Source: an uncultured Gammaproteobacteria bacterium (GTDB lineage Bacteria > Pseudomonadota > Gammaproteobacteria > Steroidobacterales > Steroidobacteraceae). From it: a DNA stretch of 64,000 bases. Location: positions 7,529 to 71,528 of the forward strand of contig CAWFXH010000011.1 in NCBI GenBank assembly GCA_963819705.1, read 5' to 3'. Under the pieces are notes generated by a model, which was not told the DNA's origin, did no database searches, and saw nothing but the letters and a program-made list of their open reading frames with translations. Shown here in pieces: positions 20,379 to 28,945 of the stretch (position 1 is the stretch's first letter; every line of letters begins with the position of its first letter). Made by a program: the position numbers and the translations under genes.

Positions 20379-20926
20379 CCGCCCGCCTGCTCCTGCTTGC
20401 GGGTCTCGTGGCGCTCATCGCCGCGCTCGTGCAGTGGCGGGTGGTCGACCGCCAACCCGCGGCCGACCAGGAGCAGGCGCAACGGCCAGGCTACTACCTG
20501 ACAGGCGTCGATCTCGAGGAGTTCGGCGCCGACGGCCGCCTGCGAGTCGGGCTCCAGTCGATATCCGCGAAGGAAGACCCCGTAACCGGCATCGTGCGGC
20601 TCTCGGACGTCGCGGTCGACTATCACGCGCCGACCGGGCGTCTGTGGCACCTGACGGCGGATGAGGCAAGCGTCCCGCCCGGCGGGCGGGTGGTGGAGTT
20701 CGAGGGCGACGTCAGGCTCGCAGGCGCGCCGGGCGAGGATCCGCGTGCCGCCGAACTGCGCACCGTGCGAATGGACCTCGATACGGTGGGCGAGGTCGCC
20801 GATACGAGATCGCCCGTCGAGCTCGCGTTCGGCACGCATCGCATTCGCGCGGTCGGCATGCGCGCGGATCTCAAGGCCGGAAGCCTGCGCCTGGAATCGG
20901 ACGTCAATGGCCAGTTTGCGCCTTAA
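20375..20926 (+). CDS. lptC: LPS export protein LptC
   Basis: ATG at 20375 (ATGA overlap with the kdsC stop). 183 aa with an N-terminal TM anchor MTARLLLLAGLVALIAALV, then a beta-jellyroll-sized domain. Called mainly from position between kdsC and lptA. Confidence 0.75.
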   Translation: MTARLLLLAGLVALIAALVQWRVVDRQPAADQEQAQRPGYYLTGVDLEEFGADGRLRVGLQSISAKEDPVTGIVRLSDVAVDYHAPTGRLWHLTADEASVPPGGRVVEFEGDVRLAGAPGEDPRAAELRTVRMDLDTVGEVADTRSPVELAFGTHRIRAVGMRADLKAGSLRLESDVNGQFAP

Positions 20927-21503
20927 GCGGCTCATGGCAGTGCTGCTCTGCGCAGGCGCCATCGCCGGCGCCGGCGCCGACGAGCGCGAACAGCTGCCAA
21001 TCCAGGTCGCAGCGCGCTCTTCCGACTTTGACTACCAGAACGGCGTACTGAAGTTCGACGCGATCACGATCACCCAGGGCGACGTTCGCATCACCGCCGA
21101 GCGCGCGGTGGCGAATGGACTCGACTTCAAGGACAGCAGCTGGGAATTCAGCGGAAGTGTGCGCATCTCGATGCCCGAGTCGGCGCTCGCGAGCGACAGC
21201 GCGCGCGTCCGCTTTGCCGGCGGTGAGATCCAGAGCGCGATCGTGACCGGCAGGCCCGCGACCTTCGAGCAGCAGCACAAGGACCAGCATTCCCAGGGAC
21301 GCGCGAACCGGATTGACTACGACCTGAAGCGCGGCGCGGTCGAGCTCGCGGGCGATGCCTGGCTGTCGGACGGGAAAACCGAGATCACCGGCGCGACGCT
21401 CGTCTACAGCACGGAGAACCAGCGCGTCGTGTCGCGCGAACAGGTGGTGATCACGATCCAGCCTGGCGAGCCGGCGCCTGAGAAGCCGAAGCCCGAGTCA
21501 TGA
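20907..21503 (+). CDS. lptA: LPS export periplasmic protein LptA
   Basis: ATG at 20907. Signal peptide [24 protein letters not shown] and an OstA-like repeat pattern ([28 protein letters not shown]...). Position before lptB. Confidence 0.8.
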   Translation: MASLRLKRLMAVLLCAGAIAGAGADEREQLPIQVAARSSDFDYQNGVLKFDAITITQGDVRITAERAVANGLDFKDSSWEFSGSVRISMPESALASDSARVRFAGGEIQSAIVTGRPATFEQQHKDQHSQGRANRIDYDLKRGAVELAGDAWLSDGKTEITGATLVYSTENQRVVSREQVVITIQPGEPAPEKPKPES

Positions 21504-22225
21504 GTGAACTCTCGGCGACGGGGCTCGAGAAGAGCTACCGCAAGCGCAAGGTCGTCTCGTCACTCTCGGTCTCGATCAGCAGCGGTGAGGTCGTCGGCCT
21601 GCTTGGGCCCAACGGTGCGGGCAAAACCACGGCCTTCTACATGATCGTCGGGCTCGTGCCCTGCGACGGCGGACGCATCGAGCTCGACGGCGAAGACATC
21701 ACGAGGCTCCCGATGCATGCGCGTGCGCGACGCGGGCTCGGTTACCTGCCTCAGGAACCGTCGATCTTCCGCCGTCTCACGGTGGCCGACAACGTGAAGG
21801 CGATACTCGAGACGCGCAGCGACCTCGACGAGGCGGCTCGCGAAGAAGCGCTCGAGAGCCTGCTCGAGGAGCTGCATGTCGCGCACTTGCGCGATCACCT
21901 CGGCATGAGCCTGTCGGGCGGCGAACGGCGGCGCGTCGAGATCGCGCGCGCGCTCGCGGCAAACCCCGCCTTCATCCTGCTCGACGAGCCCTTCGCGGGC
22001 GTCGATCCGCTTTCCGTGCACGACATCCAGCGCATAGCCCGCCATCTCGCCGACCGCGGTATCGGCGTCCTGATCACCGACCATAACGTGCGGGAAACGC
22101 TGGGAATCTGCGGCCGGGCCTACATCGTCAACCAGGGCACGGTGCTCGCATCCGGAACCGCGGACGAGATCCTTGCAAATCCCGAGGTGCGCAAGGTCTA
22201 CTTGGGTCAGGATTTCAGGCTCTGA
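21500..22225 (+). CDS. lptB: LPS export ABC transporter ATPase LptB
   Basis: 241-aa ORF with Walker [10 protein letters not shown], signature [15 protein letters not shown] and Walker [14 protein letters not shown]. Confidence 0.95.
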   Translation: MSELSATGLEKSYRKRKVVSSLSVSISSGEVVGLLGPNGAGKTTAFYMIVGLVPCDGGRIELDGEDITRLPMHARARRGLGYLPQEPSIFRRLTVADNVKAILETRSDLDEAAREEALESLLEELHVAHLRDHLGMSLSGGERRRVEIARALAANPAFILLDEPFAGVDPLSVHDIQRIARHLADRGIGVLITDHNVRETLGICGRAYIVNQGTVLASGTADEILANPEVRKVYLGQDFRL

Positions 22226-22238
22226 CGGCTCTGGAACG

Positions 22239-22313
22239 AAGGGGACGCACCCCTTCAACAACCGATTGTCGGCCTGATTTGCCGATGATTTCGTTGAAGG
22301 GGTGCGTCCCCTT
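22239..22313. repeat. Perfect 21-bp inverted repeat with a 33-nt spacer (REP/BIME- or MITE-like element) in the lptB-rpoN gap
   Basis: AAGGGGACGCACCCCTTCAAC (22239-22259) and its exact reverse complement GTTGAAGGGGTGCGTCCCCTT (22293-22313). Each arm is itself a 6-bp hairpin (AAGGGG-5 nt-CCCCTT). Confidence 0.8.
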
Positions 22314-22340
22314 TGTTACAGCGCCCGGGGCCGCCGCCGC

Positions 22341-23765
22341 ATGATGAAACCCAGTCTCCAGCTCAGGATCGGCCAGCAGCTGACGATGACGCCGCAGTTG
22401 CAGCAGGCCATTCGCCTGCTCCAGTTGCCGACGATCGAGCTGCAGGCGCAGGTGCTGCAAGCGCTAGAAAGCAACGTGATGCTCGAGTCCGACGAAGACT
22501 TCGAGGCGACCTGGGCGCTCGACGCCGCGCCCGGCGACTTGCCGGGCGGCGCGGATGGAGGCGAAGAGTCCGAGCCCGTCGTCGAGATCGGTGACGACTG
22601 GGTCGAGCCGAGTGCCGCCGAGTCGGAGACGCCCTGGTCGGGTTCGGGCGAGGGCGACCGCGAGCTGGCCGACGAGTCGGTTGGGACGCTCAGGGACCAT
22701 CTCGCCTGGCAGCTGGAGCTGGCCCATCTTCCGCCTGCGTCGCTGTCGATCGGACGCGCGATCGTCGATGCAATCAACGACGACGGCTACTTGACGGAAT
22801 CGGTCGAGGCAATCGCCGACGCAGTAGCGGGAGAGGCGCCCACGGATGCGGCGGGCGTCGAAGGCGTGCTCGCGATCGTCCAGCAATTCGATCCCGCCGG
22901 CGTCGGCGCGCGCTCCGTCGCCGAATGCATTGAGCTGCAGCTCGCGCAGCTCGACCCCGGCACGCCCGGTCTCACCGCCGCGCGGACCCTCGCCCACCGG
23001 CACTTGGAAATGGTGGCCGGCCACCAGCTCGCGGCACTGCAGCGCGAGCTCGGCGTAAACAGCGAAGGGCTCGACATTGCGCTGGCGCTCGTCCGCAGCT
23101 GCCATCCGAGGCCTGGCGCCGCATTCCAGGCACCGCGCACCGAGTACGTCGTGCCGGATGTCTACGCGCGCCGCACGCCGCAGGGCTGGGTCGTCGAGCT
23201 CAATCCCTCGGCGCTTCCCCGCGTCCGCCTGAACGAGGGCTACGCCGGAATGATTACGCGCGCCCCGGACCACGCAGTGCTCCGGACCCAGCTCCAGGAG
23301 GCGCGCTGGTTGCTGCGCAGCCTGGAGATACGCAACGACACGATGCTGCGCGTGGCGCGGACCATCGTCGAGCGCCAGCAGGCTTTCCTCGACCGCGGCG
23401 AGGAATCGATGCAGCCGATGATCCTGAAGGATGTCGCGGAGGCCGTCGAGATGCACGAGTCCACGATCTCGCGTGTGACGACGGGCAAGTACCTGCATAC
23501 GCCGCGCGGCGTATTCGAGTTCCGGTTCTTCTTCTCGAGCCATGTGCCTGCGGAGGATGGAACCGGGGTCTCGTCGACGGCGATCCGTGCCAAGATCCGC
23601 AAACTGATCGCGCAGGAACCGCCGGGTCAGCCGCTCTCCGACCAGCAAATCGCCGAAATGCTCGCGGCGGATGGCGTCCAGGTGGCGCGCAGGACGGTGG
23701 CTAAGTACCGCGAATTGCTCGGTATCGCGCCCTCGAGCGCGCGCCGGCAGACCGCGGGACGCTGA
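22341..23765 (+). CDS. rpoN: RNA polymerase sigma-54 factor
   Basis: Starts MMKPSLQLRIGQQLTMTPQLQQAIRLLQL (ATG 22341 or 22344). Acidic region II; C-terminal RpoN box ARRTVAKYRE. Confidence 0.95.
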   Translation: MMKPSLQLRIGQQLTMTPQLQQAIRLLQLPTIELQAQVLQALESNVMLESDEDFEATWALDAAPGDLPGGADGGEESEPVVEIGDDWVEPSAAESETPWSGSGEGDRELADESVGTLRDHLAWQLELAHLPPASLSIGRAIVDAINDDGYLTESVEAIADAVAGEAPTDAAGVEGVLAIVQQFDPAGVGARSVAECIELQLAQLDPGTPGLTAARTLAHRHLEMVAGHQLAALQRELGVNSEGLDIALALVRSCHPRPGAAFQAPRTEYVVPDVYARRTPQGWVVELNPSALPRVRLNEGYAGMITRAPDHAVLRTQLQEARWLLRSLEIRNDTMLRVARTIVERQQAFLDRGEESMQPMILKDVAEAVEMHESTISRVTTGKYLHTPRGVFEFRFFFSSHVPAEDGTGVSSTAIRAKIRKLIAQEPPGQPLSDQQIAEMLAADGVQVARRTVAKYRELLGIAPSSARRQTAGR

Positions 23766-23800
23766 GCGACCGCAGGGACAGGAAAAAGGAGGACCGAACC

Positions 23801-24121
23801 ATGCAGTTGACGCTGACCGGCCACCACATCGAGGTCACGCCCCCGCTCCGCGATTACGTGCGCAAGAAGCTCGACCGCGTCCTGCGCCATTTCGAGCAGG
23901 TCATCGACGTGCACTGCGTGCTGACGGTCGAAAAGCTCGAGCACAGGGCGGAGGCGACTCTCGCCGTCAGCGGGGCGGTGATCCACGCGGACGCGAAGGA
24001 TGGCGACATGTATGCGGCGATCGACGCGCTTGCCGACAAGCTGGAGCGGCGCATCCGCAAGCACAAGGAGAAGCTGTCCGATCACCACGCCGCGGAAGTC
24101 GCACGCGGGAGGCCCTCCTGA
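23801..24121 (+). CDS. hpf: Ribosome hibernation promoting factor (short HPF/YhbH type)
   Basis: 106-aa ORF, MQLTLTGHHIEVTPPLRDYVRKKL.... Strong SD AAGGAGGA. Follows rpoN as in most proteobacteria. Confidence 0.9.
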   Translation: MQLTLTGHHIEVTPPLRDYVRKKLDRVLRHFEQVIDVHCVLTVEKLEHRAEATLAVSGAVIHADAKDGDMYAAIDALADKLERRIRKHKEKLSDHHAAEVARGRPS

Positions 24122-24135
24122 CCGCGGACAAACTC

Positions 24136-24999
24136 GTGACCCGCCTAGTCGTCGTCAGCGGACTGTCCGGCTCCGGCAAGAGCGTCGCGCTCAACATGCT
24201 GGAGGATCTCGGCTGGTACTGCATCGACAACATTCCGGCGGGTCTGGTACAGGCGCTGGTGTCACACACCCTGCAGAGCGAGGAACCGATCTACCGGCGA
24301 CTCGCGGTCGGCCTCGATGCGCGAAACCGGCCGGACGACCTCGCGTCAATTCCTGCGCTCCTCTCGGACCTCGGGCGTGCGGGCCTTCGCTGCGAGGTCC
24401 TCTACCTGCACGCCGAGGACGAGGTGCTGCTTCGGCGCTATGCCGAGACCCGTCGCCGCCACCCGCTGGCAGGCGCAGGCCGGAGCCTCGCGGATGCAAT
24501 CGCCGAGGAGCGACGGCTCCTGCACCCGTTGATCGACAACGCCGATCTCGTGGTCGACACCTCTCGCACCAGCGTGCACGAGCTGCGCGACATGATCGCG
24601 AAACGCGTCGAGCCGCAGGCGCCGGGGAGACTCTCGATCCTGTTCGAGTCCTTCGGTTTCAAGCACGGCACGCCCGGCGACGCGGATTTCGTATTCGACG
24701 CGCGGACGCTGCCCAACCCGTACTGGGAGCCGGCGCTGCAGCCGCTGACTGGGCGCGATACCCGCGTAATCCAGTTCCTCGAGGCCAGCCCACGCGTAGA
24801 ACGGATGGTGGCGGACCTTGTCCGCTTCATCGAGAGCCGCCTGCCCGAGTACGAGGAAGCGAACCGAAATTACCTGACGATCGCAATCGGCTGCACTGGC
24901 GGCCAGCACCGCTCGGTCTACCTCGTCGAGCGGCTCGCCGCTCATTTCCGGGGGAAATACCCCCAGCTGCTGGTCCGCCACAACGCGCTTCCGCCGTGA
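24136..24999 (+). CDS. rapZ: RNase adapter protein RapZ (P-loop NTPase)
   Basis: In-frame GTG at 24136 within track ORF 23671..24999. The N-terminus (V)TRLVVVSGLSGSGKSVALNMLEDLGWYCIDNIP matches RapZ/YhbJ. ~287 aa. Confidence 0.9.
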   Translation: MTRLVVVSGLSGSGKSVALNMLEDLGWYCIDNIPAGLVQALVSHTLQSEEPIYRRLAVGLDARNRPDDLASIPALLSDLGRAGLRCEVLYLHAEDEVLLRRYAETRRRHPLAGAGRSLADAIAEERRLLHPLIDNADLVVDTSRTSVHELRDMIAKRVEPQAPGRLSILFESFGFKHGTPGDADFVFDARTLPNPYWEPALQPLTGRDTRVIQFLEASPRVERMVADLVRFIESRLPEYEEANRNYLTIAIGCTGGQHRSVYLVERLAAHFRGKYPQLLVRHNALPP

Positions 25000-25018
25000 C
25001 GGATTTCGCGGCAGCCTG

Positions 25019-26182
25019 TCAGTTGACGCCCTCGCCTGGCTCGCGGTCGCGGCCCAGGAACGCGAGGATTTCGGACCTGCGGCGTTGCGCATCGCGCTCC
25101 CCGGCATCGATCAGCTCGCCCGTGTAAGGCGCCTCGAACAGGAGGTAGGACAGCAGCTTTCCGCCGCGCGCGCCGCGCGCGCCGAGGATACGCAGGAAGG
25201 CCCGCAATGTACTCGGCATCGACATGCGGTGCGCGATCGCGGATTCGCTCGGGTCCCTTTCCGGCTGCACCAGCAAAGTCTCGACGTGGCGCATTCCCAG
25301 CGGCACCGGCCCCGGCCGCAGGCGCGCAAGCAGCGCGTTGATGCGGTTCAGCCTCTCGAGGTCCGCCTGGAGGCCCTCCATGAACAGCGAGTCGAGCATG
25401 AAGCCAAACTGGTCCGCCATGTTGGGCGCCGGCCCGCCGGGGCCGGGCGTGCGTCCCGGATGGCGGACACCAATCACGAGGATCCGGTCCGCGCCGAGGT
25501 GAATCGCGGGAGCGAGCGGCGTCGACTGCCGAATCGCGCCGTCGCTGAAATGCGCGCCGTCCATCGCGACCGGCGGGAACAGCAGCGGGATGGCCGCGCT
25601 CGCCATCAGGTGATCGACGTGAAGCGTCGTCGCAATTCCGCGCCGCGCCGCGCGATTCCAGGGCATGAACGGGCGTGAAGTCTCCACGAACGTGACCGAA
25701 TCGCCGCCCGTGACGTTGGTCGCAGTGATCGCGACGGAATCCGGCAGGCCGGCGGCGACCCTGCTCCTCAGGCGCGCGAAATTGACGTTTCGCGCAAGCA
25801 GCGATCTCAGCGGGGAGTTGTCGAGCAGCGCGCGCGGCATCGGCAGCAAAAAACCGCCGGTCACCAGTGCGAGGAACAGGTGCAGCCCGGAACGGAGCAT
25901 GTCGAGCGACCCGGCACGGAAGACCTGGCCAGTCCGGAACCCGCCCCAGACCCGCACGAGTTCACTCGTCGCTCGCCCGGCGTCGTCCGCGTGCGCGGCA
26001 AGGACCGCGGCGTTGATTCCGCCCGCGGAGGTGCCGCAAAGGACCTGGAATGGCAACGGCGATCCGGCCGGATACCAGCGCGCGATCGCCCTCAGGACGC
26101 CAACCTGGTACGCGGAGCGCGCGCCACTGCCCGGCAGCACGAGCGCGACCCGTGGCCTTCCCTCGGGCGCGGGACTCGTCAT
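25019..26182 (-). CDS. Patatin-like phospholipase family protein
   Basis: 387-aa ORF with glycine-rich GSGARSAYQVG, nucleophile elbow GTSAG and the Asp of the dyad in DGA (FSDGAIRQ). Confidence 0.85.
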   Translation of the reverse strand: MTSPAPEGRPRVALVLPGSGARSAYQVGVLRAIARWYPAGSPLPFQVLCGTSAGGINAAVLAAHADDAGRATSELVRVWGGFRTGQVFRAGSLDMLRSGLHLFLALVTGGFLLPMPRALLDNSPLRSLLARNVNFARLRSRVAAGLPDSVAITATNVTGGDSVTFVETSRPFMPWNRAARRGIATTLHVDHLMASAAIPLLFPPVAMDGAHFSDGAIRQSTPLAPAIHLGADRILVIGVRHPGRTPGPGGPAPNMADQFGFMLDSLFMEGLQADLERLNRINALLARLRPGPVPLGMRHVETLLVQPERDPSESAIAHRMSMPSTLRAFLRILGARGARGGKLLSYLLFEAPYTGELIDAGERDAQRRRSEILAFLGRDREPGEGVN

Positions 26183-26293
26183 TGCCTGGAACCCCGGTGC
26201 TCCATCGTGGTCTTCCGCTGGCAGCCCGCGATACTATGCGATCCGCGCCCGCCGTTGCGGCCCCGCTCCATCGATCGAACCGGAGGATTTCCC

Positions 26294-26848
26294 ATGACGC
26301 GTTTCCTGTCCGGCGTTGCCATCGCCCTGACCACGCTCCTGGCCGGCGCCGCGCTTGCCGATGGCGCGCCCGAGGTGGGGTCGCCCGCGCCTGATTTCAG
26401 GCTCCAGGACCAGACCGGCAAGTGGCACACCCTCTCCGACTACCGGGGCCAGTGGGTGGTTCTCTACTTCTACCCGAAAGACAACACCCCGGGCTGCACC
26501 ACCCAGGCCTGCGAGTTTCGCGACAACATCTTCGCCTACCGCGAGATCGGCGCCGTGATCCTGGGCGTCAGTGTCGACGACGTGGACTCGCACAAGGCGT
26601 TTTCGGACGAGCACAGATTGCCGTTCCCGATCCTGGCGGATTCGGGCAAGACGACCGCGACCGCCTACGGCACGCTGACCACGCATCCGGTCTACGGGGA
26701 ATTCGCCCGCCGCGATACGTTCATCATCGATCCCGAGGGGCGCGTCGCGAAGCATTATGAGAAAGTGGACCCGAAGGGCCACTCCGAAATCGTGCTCGCG
26801 GACCTCAAGCAGCTCATCGCCAAGGCTGCGCCGGCGAAGGCCAGTTGA
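26294..26848 (+). CDS. bcp: Secreted Bcp-type peroxiredoxin (thiol peroxidase)
   Basis: ATG at 26294 after GGAGGA. Signal peptide MTRFLSGVAIALTTLLAGAALA. Peroxiredoxin core VVLYFYPKDNTPGCTTQAC. Confidence 0.88.
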   Translation: MTRFLSGVAIALTTLLAGAALADGAPEVGSPAPDFRLQDQTGKWHTLSDYRGQWVVLYFYPKDNTPGCTTQACEFRDNIFAYREIGAVILGVSVDDVDSHKAFSDEHRLPFPILADSGKTTATAYGTLTTHPVYGEFARRDTFIIDPEGRVAKHYEKVDPKGHSEIVLADLKQLIAKAAPAKAS

Positions 26849-27699
26849 GCCGCTTCGAGGGCTCCGACAGCTACGTCGCGACCGGCGAACTCGCGCTGGC
26901 GGTCAACGCGGCCGTCACGCTCGGCCGGCCGCTCCTCGTCAAGGGTGAGCCCGGCACTGGCAAGACGCAGCTCGCCGCGGAGGTCGCACGTGCGCTCGGG
27001 GCGCCGCTGTTCGAATGGCACATCAAGTCGACCAGCAAGTCGCAGCAGGGCCTGTACGAGTACGACGCCGTCTCGAGGCTGCGCGACTCGCAGCTCGGCG
27101 ATGCGCGCGTCGGGGACATCGCCAATTACATCGTGCCCGGCATGCTGTGGCGCGCCTTCGAGAGCGAGAACCGCGCCGTACTGCTGATCGACGAGATCGA
27201 CAAGGCCGACATCGAGTTCCCGAACGACCTGCTGCGCGAACTCGACCGCATGGAGTTCTACGTCTACGAGACCCGGCAGCTCGTACGCGCGCGCCAGCGG
27301 CCGGTGGTTTTCATCACGAGCAACAACGAAAAGGAGCTGCCCGACGCGTTCCTGCGACGTTGCTTCTTCCATTACATCCGCTTCCCGGACACCGAGACCA
27401 TGGAGCGCATCGTCGCGGTCCATTTCCCGGGCCTGAAGAAATCGCTGCTGGCCGGGGCACTCGCGGCGTTTTACCGCATCCGTGACGTGCCCGGCCTCAA
27501 GAAGAAGCCTACGACATCGGAGCTGCTGGACTGGATCAAGCTCCTGCTCGCCGAGGACGTCCCGCCCGAAGCGCTGCGCTCCGAAGAGGCACGGGCCGCG
27601 ATTCCCCCGCTTTACGGCGCGCTCCTCAAGAACGAGCAGGACGTGCACCTTTTCGAACAACTCGTATTCCTGAACCGTCGAACAGGCCGGCCCGGCTGA
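26845..27699 (+). CDS. MoxR/CoxD-like AAA+ ATPase
   Basis: 284-aa ORF (TTG start nested in the bcp stop). Walker A GEPGTGKT, Walker B VLLIDEIDKA. Paired with a downstream VWA protein. Confidence 0.85.
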   Translation: MSRFEGSDSYVATGELALAVNAAVTLGRPLLVKGEPGTGKTQLAAEVARALGAPLFEWHIKSTSKSQQGLYEYDAVSRLRDSQLGDARVGDIANYIVPGMLWRAFESENRAVLLIDEIDKADIEFPNDLLRELDRMEFYVYETRQLVRARQRPVVFITSNNEKELPDAFLRRCFFHYIRFPDTETMERIVAVHFPGLKKSLLAGALAAFYRIRDVPGLKKKPTTSELLDWIKLLLAEDVPPEALRSEEARAAIPPLYGALLKNEQDVHLFEQLVFLNRRTGRPG

Positions 27700-27718
27700 C
27701 GCGCGTCCTGCGCCCGCC

Positions 27719-28930
27719 ATGCTGATCCGCTTCTTCCTGATGCTCCGCGCCGCCGGCGTTCCGGTATCGCTGACGGAGTTCCTTGCACTGCTGGAGGCGC
27801 TCCGGGAGGGTATCGTCGCCTTTGCCGCCTCAACGAAGGGGACTGTCCCGTCCGGCGGCGTGCTCGAGCGATTCTATTTCCTCGCACGCTCCATCCTGGT
27901 CAAGGACGAGCGCCACTACGACCGCTACGACCGAGTTTACGCCGCGCACTTCAGGGGCGCGGAAGCGGCGTTCGAGGGGCTACTCGCAGCGGAAGTGCCC
28001 GCGGATTGGCTCGAGCGAAGCATGGCGCTGCATCTCAGCGCGGAGGAGAAGGCAGGTATCCGGGCACTCGGCGGCTGGGAGGCGCTACTCGAGACGCTGC
28101 GCAAGCGGCTCGAGGAGCAAAAGGCGAAGCACCAGGGCGGCAACCGCTGGATCGGCACCGGAGGCACCTCGCCCTATGGCGCGCACGGCTACCACCCGGA
28201 GGGAATCCGCCTCGGCGGCGCGGGCGGCAACCGCCGCGCCGTCAAGATCTGGGAGCGGCGCGAGTTCGCGAACCTCGACGACACGGCCGAGCTCGGCACG
28301 CGCAACGTCAAGCTGGCGTTGCGCAGGCTGCGCCGCTTCGCGCGAGACGGCGCGGCGGAAACCTTTGACCTGGACGGAACGATCGATTCAACTGCGCGTC
28401 GCGCAGGCATGCTCGACATCCGCATGGTGCCGGAGCGCCGCAACGCGGTGAAAGTCCTGCTGTTCCTCGACATCGGCGGCTCGATGGATGATCACGTCCG
28501 CATCTGCGAGGAGCTCTTCTCGGCCGCGCGCGTCGAATTCAAGCACCTCGAGCACTTCTACTTCCACAACTTCGTTTACGAGTCCGTATGGAAGGACAAC
28601 CGTCGCCGGCACGGCGAGCGCACGCCGGTCACGCAGCTCATGCGGACTTACGGCCGCGACTACCGGCTCGTCATCGTCGGCGACGCCACCATGAGCCCCT
28701 ACGAGATCATGCAGGCGGGTGGCAGCATCGAGCACTGGAACGAAGAGCCGGGTGCCAGCTGGATGAAGCGCCTGCTGGCGAGTTATCCGCGCCACGCCTG
28801 GCTCAATCCTGAGCCGCAGGATCGGTGGGACTTCACCCCGTCGATCCGGATCACGCGCGATCTGTTCGAGGACCGGATGTACCCTTTGACGCTCGCCGGA
28901 CTCGACCGGGCGATGCGGTCGCTGCAGTAG
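27719..28930 (+). CDS. CoxE-like VWA domain protein (MoxR partner)
   Basis: 403-aa ORF. The N-terminus MLIRFFLMLRAAGVPVSLTEFLALLEAL is typical of the CoxE/VWA_CoxE family. MIDAS-like LFLDIGGSMD. 19 nt after the MoxR ATPase. Confidence 0.8.
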   Translation: MLIRFFLMLRAAGVPVSLTEFLALLEALREGIVAFAASTKGTVPSGGVLERFYFLARSILVKDERHYDRYDRVYAAHFRGAEAAFEGLLAAEVPADWLERSMALHLSAEEKAGIRALGGWEALLETLRKRLEEQKAKHQGGNRWIGTGGTSPYGAHGYHPEGIRLGGAGGNRRAVKIWERREFANLDDTAELGTRNVKLALRRLRRFARDGAAETFDLDGTIDSTARRAGMLDIRMVPERRNAVKVLLFLDIGGSMDDHVRICEELFSAARVEFKHLEHFYFHNFVYESVWKDNRRRHGERTPVTQLMRTYGRDYRLVIVGDATMSPYEIMQAGGSIEHWNEEPGASWMKRLLASYPRHAWLNPEPQDRWDFTPSIRITRDLFEDRMYPLTLAGLDRAMRSLQ

Positions 28931-28945
28931 GCAGGGGCATGGCAT

